A stretch of 53,307 nt of DNA, counting the filler, from Sphacelaria rigidula (Eukaryota), in NCBI GenBank assembly GCA_964200075.2. It is 4 parts of 4 records of this genome, joined end to end, with 100 filler letters (N's around TTAATTAATTAA, not from the genome) between each part and the next. Parts side by side here need not be neighbours in the genome. Positions count along the whole stretch, not along the records: positions 40,057 to 53,307 come from CAXNAA020003027.1; 3 more parts are not named here. One strand, 5' to 3'. A program made the translations under genes and the position numbers. The notes below the pieces were generated by a model. That model had not been told where the DNA came from. It searched no databases and was given only the letters and a program-made list of their open reading frames with translations. Of this stretch, positions 40,057 to 52,848 are shown in pieces. Every line of letters starts with the position of its first letter. Position 1 is the first letter of the stretch.

Positions 40057-40400
40057 AACAAATGAGTACCCCCCCCCCCCCCCCCCTCCAGCACTTGTCT
40101 ATCTGTTCATTGTCGACAACACAGCGTTGGAACAGCACTTCTGCACCCCATCCATTGTCGGCGAACTTTACTTCGTGCCTTTACTTGTCGACGGCTGCAC
40201 GCTTTGAACGGCAGAAAACAAAGAGAAGACTATGGCTGTTGGCATTCGAACACACAAAATCACCTGACACTGACCTTTGGTGTGCCAATTTAACCGACCA
40301 TCGGAGCGCTGCATTCGTATCAATATCTTCCCGGTAACTTCAGTGTGACGTATCTCCTGGCGCTCGCTTCCGGACCACGCACAAATCGAAATTCGTGCAG

Positions 40401-43400
40401 GGGGCGGTTTGTCTCGAAAATACGAAAGAGCCGCTGCCAGGTTTGCCCGCGGAGCAGTCCAATACGCCCGCGAGCGTTCGGGCCTCGCGTGTCCGCAGCA
40501 CGTTACTTCTGCTCGAAACGTTGCTGGACCGTCTCATGGAGATCGATGACGGTGCTGTTGTTACGAAGGTGAGCAATGTTGGAAATCCTACCATGTACAA
40601 CTTGTTTGGTCACCCCAGTACGCGAAGAAACGTTTTTTTACGGAACAAGATACGTTCTTCAACATCCCAGGGCAAGGACTGAGTTCACAGTGTTTGTTTC
40701 CGATGCCATTGCCGTAACAACGCCCGGAGAAGTGTTTTCAACACGTATCTTTTCACATGATCCGGACTCCCAACTGCGGTCGGACTCACCACGCCTAGTC
40801 AGACAATAACACATCACATCGCAGTATGGCACGCCATGATTCGTTAAAGATTCAATAATACGTATTTCGTCGAGCACCCATTCATTATCTTGACGTGTAT
40901 GGCACCGTTGGATATTCAATCAAAAATACACTTGAATTATACATCATTTTTTTACCCATCAATTTCGAACCCGCGAACGATACCAAACCGCGCTTGATTT
41001 CCAACACGGAGCAATGATTGCGCTAACCGATAACCCTCGCCATGGTTGGACGGACATCTCGGAATCACTGAACACAAGCGCGGTTGACGTCGTGAACGTC
41101 ATGTTGCTGCGGATTGTGTCCTTGCCTAGTATAGAGGTTGTTGCTGATCCCTCCAGCGGGAATCCCCCATTTGTGCCACAGCATAAAAGAAAATCGAGGG
41201 ATTGATCGACATTGAGTATCCCCCAACATACAAGGTATCCTGCAGTATCAGGCAGTGGCTCTATCTCGAAAGGTAAAGCGTCTACCCGAAGCTGTGATGG
41301 ACACAATTTCGACGTAGTAGGAAGCCTAGTATTTGGGAAGAGCATCCGAGACCCGCTACAGGAGAACCTCAAGTGTAGCCTACCGAGCAACATGCTCTCG
41401 TCGTTGCTAAACCAATGTTGAGCCCTCGTTTGTGCTGTTCACCACGCTACTTTGTGCCGCATTTCTGTTGGATATATCGTGGGTGCAGAAACAACCAGAA
41501 GACAGCAAGAACGCAAATAGATCCAGGCAAGCCGTCAACGATAGGGGAAGGGTGTAATGTGAGTGGCCCCGTAGAGCTGCTCACCCGAGGATGAAGTTTC
41601 AGTATCCCTGTGCTAGCTTACCGCATATGGACGTGGGCCCGTTCGACATTCAACACGGGATTTTACAAATTGGGGATGGATCTTTTATCGGGGATGAAAA
41701 CCCGGAGAATTAAAATCTTCGTATCCATACCAAAGCTTCGAAGTATGCTTCCATTTCTTTACTTGCTGGTAGCTATTGACAACAGCTACTACACGCCACA
41801 AAAATTTGGATTTCGATAACCGAAATTTCGAGGTCCTAGGTGAAGATCCGATTTGGGGGGATTTGAGATGTCCGATCGGACGCCAAAATTGTTTTTTCAC
41901 CTAGGACCCCGATATTTCGGTAATCGAAATCCAAATTTGTATTACTTGTAGTAATTGCCAATGGGTACCAGCAAGTGAAGAAATTGAACCATATTTCGAA
42001 GATTTGGTATGAATACGAAGACTTTAATTCTCCGGGTTATCATCCCCAATAAAAGGTCCATCATCACTTTGAAAAATCGCGTGTTATTTTATCCTTGGGG
42101 CTATTATGTTTATACACTAACATGGTGGGTGCATCTTACCAAACGTGTCGAAAACCTGCTGGTTATGGCAATCGTTTCCGAGTCTTTGGGAAAAGCCGTA
42201 GTTGCAACCTGCAAGTTTTGTGCGAGTCGCGGTTCCCTTGGGTCTTGTACAATGGCGAGAAAACTGCGGTGACAACGTGGTACTGCGTGAGACGTGGTGA
42301 TACAGAGGCCTTGGTGGAGGAGAGTGAGGATAGCTGTTTTTTGAGGCGAAGAAAATGCGTCGTTCTGTAATCCTGACTACATGAGTGATGCTTCTCCCTT
42401 ACGTTCAACGGCTGAGTAGTTCTCCCGCCAATGTCCGAAAAGCTGGTGGAATGGCAGCGCTCGTAGCCTCGGTGAAATGGAGGAGAAGAATCAAGATCGG
42501 GAGCAAAGAAGAGGTTGGGGTGACTGAACCGGAGACCTCCATAGGTACGCCAAACACTCGCCCGTCCGTCGTGGCTTTGTGCCGAGCTTCGCTGGCTCCT
42601 GCAGCATTGAAGACGTGTCTCGGTACTGTCGCACAAACGACACGGTGTTGTTGAAAGCGCCGATGTGAATGCGCCAAGTGTCGATGGCCGACGGTCTTGA
42701 TGATGTCAACTGGAGACCAGCGGTCTTTATGCTATCATATGGAGACGAGCAGTCTTCACGACGTCACATTTTTGGTAAAGCAATCAGAAAAGCCGCTCTC
42801 AACCGGTGTGACCTGTGTTTGATGGTTGGGGCAGTTTTCAATAACCTCTCAGTCGAAATGCGCAGTCGTTCGTTCTCACATTCCAATAGCCCTTGAAGGA
42901 CCAACGTTCTCTCGGCGTTGCAGTCATTATACTGTACAACAACACACCGGCAGGTGAGGCGGGGGAGGGGGGGATCCAGACGGGTGCCAAGGCCACCAAT
43001 GCATTGAAGTTATTCGCACAACAACGCACGGCTGTTACATAACATGCACGGGGGAACGTTGACCTTACACCACGTGTACATAGTAGCACGAAGCGGTGTA
43101 AACCAGGGATACGTGCCGTACAATACAATCAATCCGATGCGTTGAGGGTGTTGCATGCATGTGAAAAGAAATTTGAAAGCGAAATAGCTGAGAGCTGACT
43201 GCTACAGAACTGTATAGTTTTTTGTAACGCTCACCTCAAAATGTACGAATGATCCAGGTCTGTATTTGTTGTTGCCTATGTCGCCGTATCTTGGTCCAGT
43301 ACGTGTTGTCGTCCCATCTATTCTGGACGCCGGTCTACACCTTTCGGTATATATGGGCACACCCCCAGCCGGGGTCACTCACATAGGAGGAAGGTCAACA

Positions 43401-46400
43401 GAAGAGTTTTCTCTTTTTGTTTGTTTTTAGTCCTCCACCTTCCTTCTGCGGTGCTTGCCTTTATTTTTTATATCGAGACGGGTTCAGCAGTCCCTTTCCC
43501 TCGTCGGCCGTCAAGTCGAAGTTTGTGTACCCACGACATAATCGCTCTCCATTGTTGGGCATGGTGTGAGGGAAAATCCCAGATCGCTCCGATATTTAAA
43601 CCCACGACCCAACCGTCAGAAGGTTTCGGGGCTACCAACTGAGTATACGCACGTACTACATGGTGAGAGGACATTTCACATGTTGATGTTTTCGTAAAAT
43701 GACGTGATGGGAGGCTATAGGTGCTCTACCATACGATCGTTCCATCGTGCCTAGTTTGTCCTGAAAACTCTGCTTGACCACCCTCCCAGCCCCCTTCCCC
43801 CCGCCCCTGTCACCGCTGAAACCACAGAACCGGAGCCAGCACCTCCTCATGACGCCAGCAGAAATACCGATGAAACTGCCACCCCACTGCCTGCGAGTAT
43901 GCGGAATATTCGCGGGAGAAGCGACGCCCCCAAAATCAAAGAGCAGGAAGATCGACTGCGTCTTCGTGCCCTGTTGCTGTGTGCCTACGCTACCGTCTGG
44001 GGGATGGGAGGACATCTCTCCGGGGAGGCATCTCGAATCTCCTGCAGCGACCTCATTCGCCAGGTGTTTTCTTCACGACACCCTTCCGGTGCCGCTTGGG
44101 GTGGCTGTGACCTCGTGCGACGTGCTGTAAAGTTGCCGATGCCGGGAAGACCTGGAACGAACCATTTGGTTTCCCATTTACATGAATGTCTTTTGTGGAG
44201 AGCACGTTTTTAACGTTCCTGGAGCGCCACAAGTCTGATCCTGTAAGATGCTTTCACGAAGGGATCCTCCCCCATTCATCGGGTAGATTGCCAGCTGCCT
44301 CTGTACGAGGGAGAGGGCGTTCTTAACCCGATGCAGTCTGTGTGCGCTCCACACTCTGGACAGTAGGTAGCATTGTCGAAACGTATACCACGTACAGTGT
44401 TGAATGCATTGTCTATTGTATTATACGCAACAGACGCTGCTGTACGCAGTACCCGTTTTGGCTATGTAATACTCCAGAGTATATTGTTCAGGGTGTCATG
44501 TGCCCCACACTATTACATCACACCCACGAACCTAGACTGTGCAACTAGATCACGAGCACAGCCCCAACGGTAGCCAGTCTTCCGTGGTAGCACAGTGTTC
44601 TCACTTTATTTCGTGTGGCTGCGCGCGATAGTAGAGGCATGAGGCATGTACAGAGCGCGAGCGGCCACTACATGCAAGCGCGGTGGATCGACGATAGTCC
44701 TTGCCGTCCGCACCACTTCGGAGTCAACTGCAGCTGTGGATATTTCTCGTTTGACCGCGAGGGTAAATTATCTCACTATAGCACTGCCATGAAGTTATCG
44801 GCATCCTTCTCGCTCGAGTCACCAATGGCTAGCAGGAATCCATAACGATGCCGTGGAACGTGAACCACAGGGCGAGTGGTACTGCGCGTTTCACGTCAAA
44901 ACACGCCGCCGTCCTCACACACATGGTGTGCTAGTCCTCTCATAAGAAGTGGAAATGCAGAGCTAGCCTGACTTCTGAATCTGCGCCCATGGATGCGGTA
45001 GCTTGGTGGCTTTAATTCAGGCGACGGTCTCAGAGCCTCATCGTCTTCCCGTTTCCCGCATTCTGTTCCAAAAATGCAATCATTGTTGTACGACTTTGTT
45101 GGATTCGAAAAGCAAGCTTCTTGAAATCGATTGTTTCCATCAGGAGATACTTCAAATATATTTCCCCCCCGTTCGTTCCCATACCCGTTGGTAGATTATC
45201 ACTCTCGTAATTTGGTTTAGTACGCTCATCTAATCTTCGAAACACTTACGGATTGTGGTACGTATCCTCTCTCGAAAGACCCTGTTTCGCCTCGAATCTC
45301 AGAAGTTCGGCTGCTCTTGATGCGGCTTCTCACAAAAGTGTTACCATCCTTGTACTTCTTTGCAGTACGCTCCCGCCGACCTCCGACGGCAGTGCTGCAA
45401 GCGCAACTTGTTCGACTTCGCCATCGATCTCCATGACGCGAAGCTGGTGAACATCGGGGATGATGCTTCGACGGTACCAGGAGCATTGCCGCCGGCCATG
45501 TGGACGATGGACCCTCATTGGGCGATGCGGGTCTGGTACTGCCTGCTTTTTATCTCTACCGAGCTTCCCCTTTCGATTGGAATTTTACGTCAGGATAGTA
45601 TATACTGTGCTCACTATGCATATAGTGACAATAAGAAAAATGAGGAGACTGCGAGTAGCTTTCGTACCGGGTGTGATCAATCTAATGTGAAAAAAACATG
45701 GGGGATAGCGAAAAGGGAGAAATCAGAGTACAAAGTGGCCGGTTGAGCTCAACAAGCTGTATTTTCGAACACTCGCGGCGTTTGTTGTTGTAAGATGCAA
45801 AACTTTGCTGTGATACCGATAGAGAACGGTGAGCTGCCATCGTTCATCTGTGGTTGGTTGATCGATCGATTGATTGGCTTATTGTTTCGTTTGCTTACTT
45901 TAATCGAGCCCCCACACACGCGGTCATTCGGCTACCGCCATAAACGTCCTCTATCGCGATTTTCATCCTCTCGAGGGTGAAGTGACCCTCCGGAGGATAA
46001 GAATACCCTCCAGAGGATATTTCATGCAGTACTCAGTTCCGGTCATAAAACGAATCCTCTGGAGGGCATCTGATGCTCCAGTGACTTCTGATATCTGAAT
46101 CCCTCGAGAGTAACAGCAAAGATGGTGCTCTGGAGGGCTGCGCATCCTCCAAGTTCCTCAAGACGGTGCGCAGCCCTCCAGAGGCAAAAGAAACCTCTAG
46201 AGGCGTTCGATCCCACCCCTCTGGAGGGCCGCGCACCGTCTAGAGGCATTAATTCCTCTGGAGGCTCGAAAAGTTGACCGGAACAGAGTATTTTTGGGGG
46301 TAGCCGAATGGCCGCGTGTGCAGGATCATGTCGTAAACCCTCAACTGAATCGCTTCGAACCCAGCTGTCGCGAAAGACGGACATACCAGATGCAATGCCG

Positions 46401-48343
46401 CCCATCATTATCAGCACTGTTTTTTCGGAGATCATTTTCCATATGAAGGTTACGTGATGGACGTACCCGAGACAAAACAAAACGGAATCACTCGCTGAAG
46501 AAAAGGAGAAGAGACAGCGAAGGTAGAGCAGACCAACGGTGTAAATTAAGAAGCAGAAAATAAATGGAGGTAGCAGCAGTGTTTTGAAACAAATTGTGCG
46601 CCTTGGTGCTTCTATGGGACCAGGGACGGGGCCATGCGCGATATGCCATACTCGCTTGTATCCATGAAAATGTCACAGCTGCCCAATGTGCGCCATGTCG
46701 GCATATACTTAACGCTCAGACCCGAAATCGTTAGTTTCAACGAGGGGTGGCCGGATGAAAGAAAAATGGCGCAACACTCACTATCCACTACAGCCCGAAT
46801 TGGAGAGGGAGCTTTCATTCAAAGTGGCAAAGGGTGTAGACGTAGTCAAACCGCTGAAGCTAGACCTATGTTACGCGTTGAGGGGGCGCTGTGGGACATT
46901 TCTGTAAGATTTATACTGTTTTCGAAAGAATGGTACAGACTGACCGAGTCTGAAAGATCGAGCTGAGGTGAAAATGCCGAAAGATCGGGCTGATGTAGAA
47001 ATGAAAGTTACCAGTACGGCGGTCTAGTATTAGACTTACGTGGAGATCACCTCACACTCTAAAAACAGGGTATAGAGGAATAGAACAGTTCACCCAACGA
47101 GTCATCATATCACCCAACGAGTTATCAGTTTACCCAACGACTTACCTATGTACGTTAAATTCCCGTGCAGCAAACACAGCTAGTTACCGAGACCTTACAT
47201 ACTGCATTCTCGTGGTATTTCCTTCCGACCAATGTGTAAGAAATTCCCTCATGACCAACAAAGGAGAGGCAAGGGGGGGTGGGGGGGGCGATGTACTGAT
47301 GATCTTGCATGCCATTGTCATCTGACCATTAATCTCGCATCCCTACAAAGCCGGGACGGAGCACGCCGGGTTTTCGCTGGACCAGGCGGGGGGTGTGGAC
47401 TTATGGGCGTGCCCCCCCCCGCTCCGCCTACAAAGTACTCTGGAAAGTGCGTTAGTAACGTAGGTGATGCGGCAACCCAACCGCCTCCAGCCATGTCTAA
47501 CTCCGATTGTTCGCCTGCTGTCATGCTGCGATTGTATCCCCCCCAGGCGTCGGAGTTGGCTTGTCCACTGCCCCCCTCGCTCGTCATTCCATCCTCGAGA
47601 ACTTCTGCGATCGCTGTCGCAGCATACACCCTACTCAGGACAAGTAGGGCAAGAATTCTTCTGGAAGGCCCGTCGGGAGCGGGGAAAACCGTGCTTTTAT
47701 CTCACTTGTTGAGGGTGGGTTTCGATGCTGGGCTTGCATCGAAGCTGCAGCATGGATGGGGGGGGGTACTCATTTGTTGCTTGCCTTAGTCAATTGATCA
47801 TTGACCACGCATCCCTTTCGAGACAGGGTGTGGGGGAACGAGGGCTTGCGTGAGAGGAAAGTACAATACATACTCTCGTCGGAGAGACAAAAACAGTAGA
47901 TCATGGACTAACTACGATGTGTTTGAGGGTATCGATGGCGTTCCTGAAATACAGTGTGGGCTGACAGCGTGGACCGTAGTGTGATGTGGATGTGTGTATT
48001 ATGCATTTTTATACCCGCGCTGCGCATGGCGAGCGCAATGCATATACTGTGGCCTTGCAGCGAGGAAGGAGAGATGCGTACCGGTGGGAAACTTATCCAG
48101 CGTGGGGAGAAAGAAACTTAGTGGCATTCACCTACCTTCTGTAAGACGCGCCTCTTAGGGTGCTGCTGTATTTGCGGCACATGCAATGGAAACAGATCGG
48201 CCAGTCGGACTGCGAATATACATGTGAGGTACGGCGATGGCAGAATCATCAGTATCACACACAGCAACTCAAGATCGTCATGAAACCGGACGTGTCTCCC
48301 GTGCGAAGCGGGACAGACACCCACTCATACACGCACATACATA

Positions 48344-48419
<76 letters not shown>

Positions 48420-51400
48420 GATAGCTCACACTTTCTGTTGAATGGGCAGGTGATGGGACATGGTGTTCCATTTGCCATGGATATTGTCACAAGCGGTGGC
48501 AACGGGCGCCGGGCACAAGACGGCAACTCCCACGGCGATCGGGGTGCTTTCGATGGCGTGGCTCGCGGCGAAGGTATCCTCATGTGTTGAGAATTTGCGG
48601 AGGATAACACGAATAGAAATCATTCCTCCAACAGCCAATATACAGGTCACTGTTGAAAGCTCATTATAGAGTGCAGCAAGAAAGCCTCATGAGGGGGGTG
48701 TACACATGATCATGCATGCCATAGTCATAGGACGATTGACCTCGCATCCCTACAAAGCCGGGACGGAGCACGCCGGGTTTTCGCCGGACCAGGCTCGTGA
48801 GGGGTGGGGGGGGGCGAATAACTGTGAAAATTTATGCCGTAACGCTCACATGTATCTATAGAGGAGTGTTCCTTCGTTTCACAAACTCCCTCTGCAGGGA
48901 AATTATTATATCGTGCAGATGTCTTTCCATAGTTCATGTGCGGAATTTTCAGGTGTTTACCGTGTTCAATGGGAAATAAACTCCGTGAAAGGATCTTCGG
49001 GAAACCTGGCAGCCAATATAGCAGCAGGTCTTTAATGATCGACCAACGCAACACCTGTTTTTGTCCAACTTCTCAGATTCGCGGTCATTACTTCTTGTTT
49101 TGTCCAACTCAAGCCTGAGAGGGAACAAGCCACTACAGCATACAACCAACTAACAAGCGGGTCATTCACTACAATCTACCCGTCCACATGTTTCGAAGAA
49201 ACAGCCACGTCGGCATCGTTGAGCGGCCAAAGACCACCTGAGACGACGGCGGCGACCCCCGAGGATGACGTTCATATCCGCGTGCTCGACAGTGCACGGA
49301 GGCAGATGTTACGTGTTGCCGCTGCAACAACGACGTGCGCGGGGGTGACGGCGACCGCCAGGGGTAACATTGGAGGCACGGCAGCAGATTCGTGGGAAGC
49401 TCCCCGTGAAAGGTGCCTACCCAGATGCTTGCTGGCAAACTCGATTTATACTAGATTTGTGCCTCAACCCTCTGCGGTACTCCGTTGAATGCACCCTTTG
49501 AAAGCCTACCACTACGACCTCAGCTGCTGTATGTTGCGAAAGAGCTTACGGGTAGCGTAACACCGCACACCGTCGTGCGCCTATGGGCGGGGACTGCAAA
49601 AACATTTTCGCATGGCCGACTCCGGACATCGCTTTGAATATCTAGCTGGAATTTTCTGTAATCTATCCGCGTCGTTCGTCGCGGCCCCTCATGACTGCTG
49701 GTGTCGCAGAGATCAGCAGCTACCGTTTCACAAGGCCGCGGCATTCAATTACACTACGGAAGACACCAGCAGTGGGGATCGATGCGCATTACAAACTGGT
49801 CTCGAGCGACAGCGGACTCGACCACGGAGTAGCGTGTATCTCAGCATGCGCCGCCGGAAATCCACCGATGACATAACGGAGGCCATCCGCAAAGCGCTGC
49901 TACGGGAAAAGGACGGCGTGCTAGAGCCGCCCCCCGGAAGTGATATCAACATATTCCTCGACGACGTCCACCTGGTTGAAGAGGTGAGTATGAGGGCGCA
50001 TTATTGGCTGATAACCCCATGCGCTATAGCCCCCAACGTGCAATACTGCTAGCGTAATAATTTGTGCTTCCGAGAGCAAGTCTTTGCGCTGTCGAGGTCG
50101 TGAAATATGAGGGGTGTAATGGGAAGATGCCGTCGCCGACTGGTTCCGTCTATGCTGTGTCCCCGTGAGTCAGCGCGGCCAACAATCTGGCAGCGAGAGC
50201 ATCCAAAACAACAGGGGCCACTCACGCCCATCGCCCCAACTGGTGTCTACCCAACTCAGGTTCCCGGAGACGGCTACCATGGGTCACCCTGCGAAGCAAA
50301 CTGCTGTGCATCGGAAGTCGTGAGGGGGATGATCGATAGCTATATGCCTTTAGGGCAAGCCCGGGCGAACACAAAAGATAAGGGGGCGGCAGCATCCGGA
50401 AGCGGCGGGGCAAAAAGCGATGGCGAAAACAAATCGCGCGCAGCTGAGGGAAATGTTTCTGAAGGGCGGTTGCCTCGTCTCTACCAGGTACAAAATGTGT
50501 GTATGGCGTGCGAATTTCACGGCGCCAGCGTAAGGTTGTTTGACATACTGTATCACGACCCTAGAAGGGGAGCACGAGCTTGTGTACAAAGCCCCCAGAT
50601 GGGGACAGGGTGGTACCCGGAACACGATCATGCGAAATTGAGCACTGCATGCTGTCTGCGCCTGAGGCATCTCGAAGGACTCGTGGAGCTAGTGCTTTTG
50701 GTAGCATCAAGGTGGGGTTATTGTCAAGGCTTCATCGCGATCCATCTGATAGCGGTAAACGCGGTAACAAGGGGCTTCTTTCGCTTCGACGTCTGATGCA
50801 GCCCTTGATTTGAGACGGCATCATCGTGGGATTATCGTCACGACTCTATTGCCGCGCATTCGCGGATAACAGACACAGCTTCAAGTAATTTGCTGTAGCT
50901 ACGACACACGATGCAACATGCGAGTTTTTCGGGGCAGAGAGGCCCCCACCCGGCTTTGACGCCGTAAAAAAGACTCCCGCTTCTGGAAACGGCTCCCAAG
51001 GTATGTAAATTGCGCGTCCTCGGATCCATATGTTAGGCTGCGCGGCCTGGATAACGCACCTCGACCACAAACTACATGGCACGGTCACCAACGGACCATT
51101 TTCTACGACACGAACCAATACATGTCAGCACCTGGAATGCCTGACCAGGGACCGAACAAGAAATCCCACACATCAGGCTTTCCCCTCGCGCCTGACTTAC
51201 CCATACCAGGTCCAGCCAGACTTTAGTCCCCGGGCACCTTCAGGACCGGGCGGCGACACGTTCCGCATTCCTTTCTTCACGTCCGTCCTAGCGGCTCGAA
51301 CAACATCACCACCCGCCGACGCCACCGAAAATTCAAGGTACTCTCAGATCTTGCGACCAAATCCAGGCGGTACAGCCGTAGGTACAGGGTCAGCAGCGCC

Positions 51401-51824
51401 GGTACCTTCGTCACATGCGGCAAATACAGCACATGGCACATCGCGGCCGTGTGCTGACAGAGGTGAAATGAGTTCGCCAACATCTACTCACGCTTGTGGT
51501 TTTGCCTCGGCCACCGATCGGCTGTGGAGGCGTTTTTCTATCCTCTCGTTGGATGCGCCCTCAACTGCGGAACTGAGGACGGTGTTCGCGCACGCGTGTA
51601 GCGATTCCTTCGGCGGTGATGGCCCCGCGTCCTCCTCTATGATTGGCGGCGGGCGCAGGAACTCTTCGCTGCTTTCTGGAGAGGTACCGTACGCACTTGA
51701 AAGCTCCGAAGATTTGCGATTTAGCCTATATATGATGACATCATGGTTGGGGGTAATGATGCTGCCGTTCCGTAAGAGTCTGGTATAACCTCGAGCGGGA
51801 AGAGATCTTCAATGATGACAAGGG

Positions 51825-51860
<36 letters not shown>

Positions 51861-51894
51861 CGGGGGGTTGGGGGGGGGGGGGGGGGGGGGGGGT

Positions 51895-51953
<59 letters not shown>

Positions 51954-52848
51954 ATCTACGGTTTTCATGTGTCAGCTGGTGGGGTGTTGATTGCGATGGT
52001 TGGGCTTGCGACAGATGGAGCGAATGACGAGAGACGTAGAGTTGGCAATAGAGGCTTGGACTAGTAGTGGACAACGCTTTCATCAGCACGCTTTACTGAG
52101 GTGAATTCTTGAGGCCTGTAGATGTCTAAGTCAAGCACACAGCTGGCGGAGTTTTGACTCGTTCGAGGATTTCAAGGAGTTTACCTGTGTGCTCGTACAG
52201 GATAGTATAGCGGTACCCCGGTGAACAGATGACAGCAAACAGTCTATTGCGTACGGTTAGTGTTGGTAGCATGAGCGCTTACGGACAGTTTTCGTGTAGT
52301 GGCCCTAAAAACAAAGACAAAAAATGCTCTCGATCGTCCGGAACTCTGAGAAAAAATGCAAAAAACACGAATTCCTCTTTGATATACCACGTGCCGCCCC
52401 TGATGTTGGAGAGCGAGGCGAATTTCGTCCGTATCATAATTTCCTTTGGTGGCGAGTTGTTGTACCGCACGGCATGCTCGTCACAACTTACGGCCTAAAC
52501 CGTCGAAAGGCTGCATCACGATACGCAGGTCGCCTTCTAAGGACACGTCTGATTGCGCACTTACACACCCAGGTGTGGACGGCTGTAGATACCCTGGCCT
52601 GTATTGCGGTGGAATTTCTCGAGCGACTCCAACGACGACTCCGTTCCTCGTCTCAAGGGGGAGGGAAACGTTTCAGCACCGACGGCGATGGCATGGCTCT
52701 CGGGCAAGCTGCATCGTCGATAGAGCAACAAGTTAATGTCGGTATACTGGATTTTTTCGTCTTGAAAAGGATTCTGAGGCCGCTCTCCTTAGCGGGGACG
52801 GGAGTTGTGCCGACGCCTGAGGCTGCACTTCGTCTGTGGTGTCACGAG
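40401..52848 (+). CDS. Divergent dynein heavy chain-like gene, partial (AAA2-AAA3 linker, AAA3 and lid). Exons 40401-40568, 43828-44063, 45366-45530, 47547-47714, 48450-48573, 49205-49412, 49710-49983, 50260-50487, 51210-51683 (or 51752), 52573-52848
   Basis: Exons are AG/GT-bounded and phase-compatible from 43828 onward; one or more exons between 40568 and 43828 are unresolved (candidate ending at 42544). Dynein motifs in order: 'CAYATVWGMGGHL', 'NLFDFAID', 'LVIPSSRT...ILLEGPSGAGKT' (Walker A), 'GVLEPPPG..INIFLDDVH' (Walker B), 'SEVVRGMID', 'RLWRRFSILSLDAPSTAELRTVF', 'LRLWCHE'. Confidence 0.85.
41651..42087. mobile_element. Foldback/MITE with ~195-bp inverted arms
   Basis: 41651-41845 is the imperfect reverse complement of 41896-42087 (e.g. 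ccggagaattaaaatcttcgtat / atacgaagactttaattctccgg). A fragment of the same arm is at 26705-26755. Confidence 0.85.
43299..43643 (-). mobile_element. tRNA-derived SINE, family 2 (head slightly truncated)
   Basis: Collinear with 15849-16160. Confidence 0.8.
45933..46290. mobile_element. Two abutting TA-flanked MITEs rich in CCTCTGGAGG palindromes
   Basis: TIR pair taccgccataaacgtcctct / (reverse complement) tactgcatgaaatatcctct at 45933-46031. TIR pair tactcagttccggtca / (reverse complement) tactctgttccggtca at 46030-46290. The two share the TA at 46030-46031. Confidence 0.7.
47290..47387 (-). repeat. Short LINE-3'-like repeat flanked by G-runs
   Basis: 'ctcgcatccctacaaagccgggacggagcacgccgggttttcgc' is identical to the core at 48740-48784. 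Confidence 0.8.
47766..47826 (-). repeat. 3' terminus of the LINE family at 1-4320
   Basis: 'tcatttgttgcttgccttagtcaattgatcattgaccacgcatccctttcgagac' closely matches positions 2-56. Confidence 0.85.
48335..48418. repeat. (CA)n microsatellite
   Basis: Seen directly, just upstream of the 48450 acceptor. Confidence 0.97.
48699..48797 (-). repeat. Short LINE-3'-like repeat with TGAGGGG flanking duplication
   Basis: Same family as 47290, 7441 and 53262; TGAGGGG occurs on both sides. Confidence 0.8.
51822..51951. repeat. Poly-G tract (~130 nt), intronic
   Basis: Seen directly; the length may be inflated by sequencing error. Confidence 0.9.

Larger units (their letters stand above)
40660..46820 (-). 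pseudogene. Decayed WD40/beta-propeller-like gene, interleaved antisense in the dynein introns
   Basis: Minus-strand fragments: 'GMGTNGGEIYL...SRTTMIAF...GKTMRL*DRR' (45245-45020; TGA in place of the W of WD), 'GFLLAIGDSS' (~44840), 'GYLVCWGI...FLLCCGTNG' (41240-41170), 'VVTAMASETNTVNSVLALGC' (40725-40660), 'VHHVTFIWKM' (46465-46435). In-frame stops are present. Confidence 0.5.

Noticed and set aside
46940-47150. Short tandem duplications (27 bp x2; 20 bp x3 TCACCCAACGAG)
   Set aside because: Too few copies and no associated structure; likely MITE debris.
51721-52089. Poly-Pro/poly-Gly ORFs
   Set aside because: Translations of an intronic poly-G tract.
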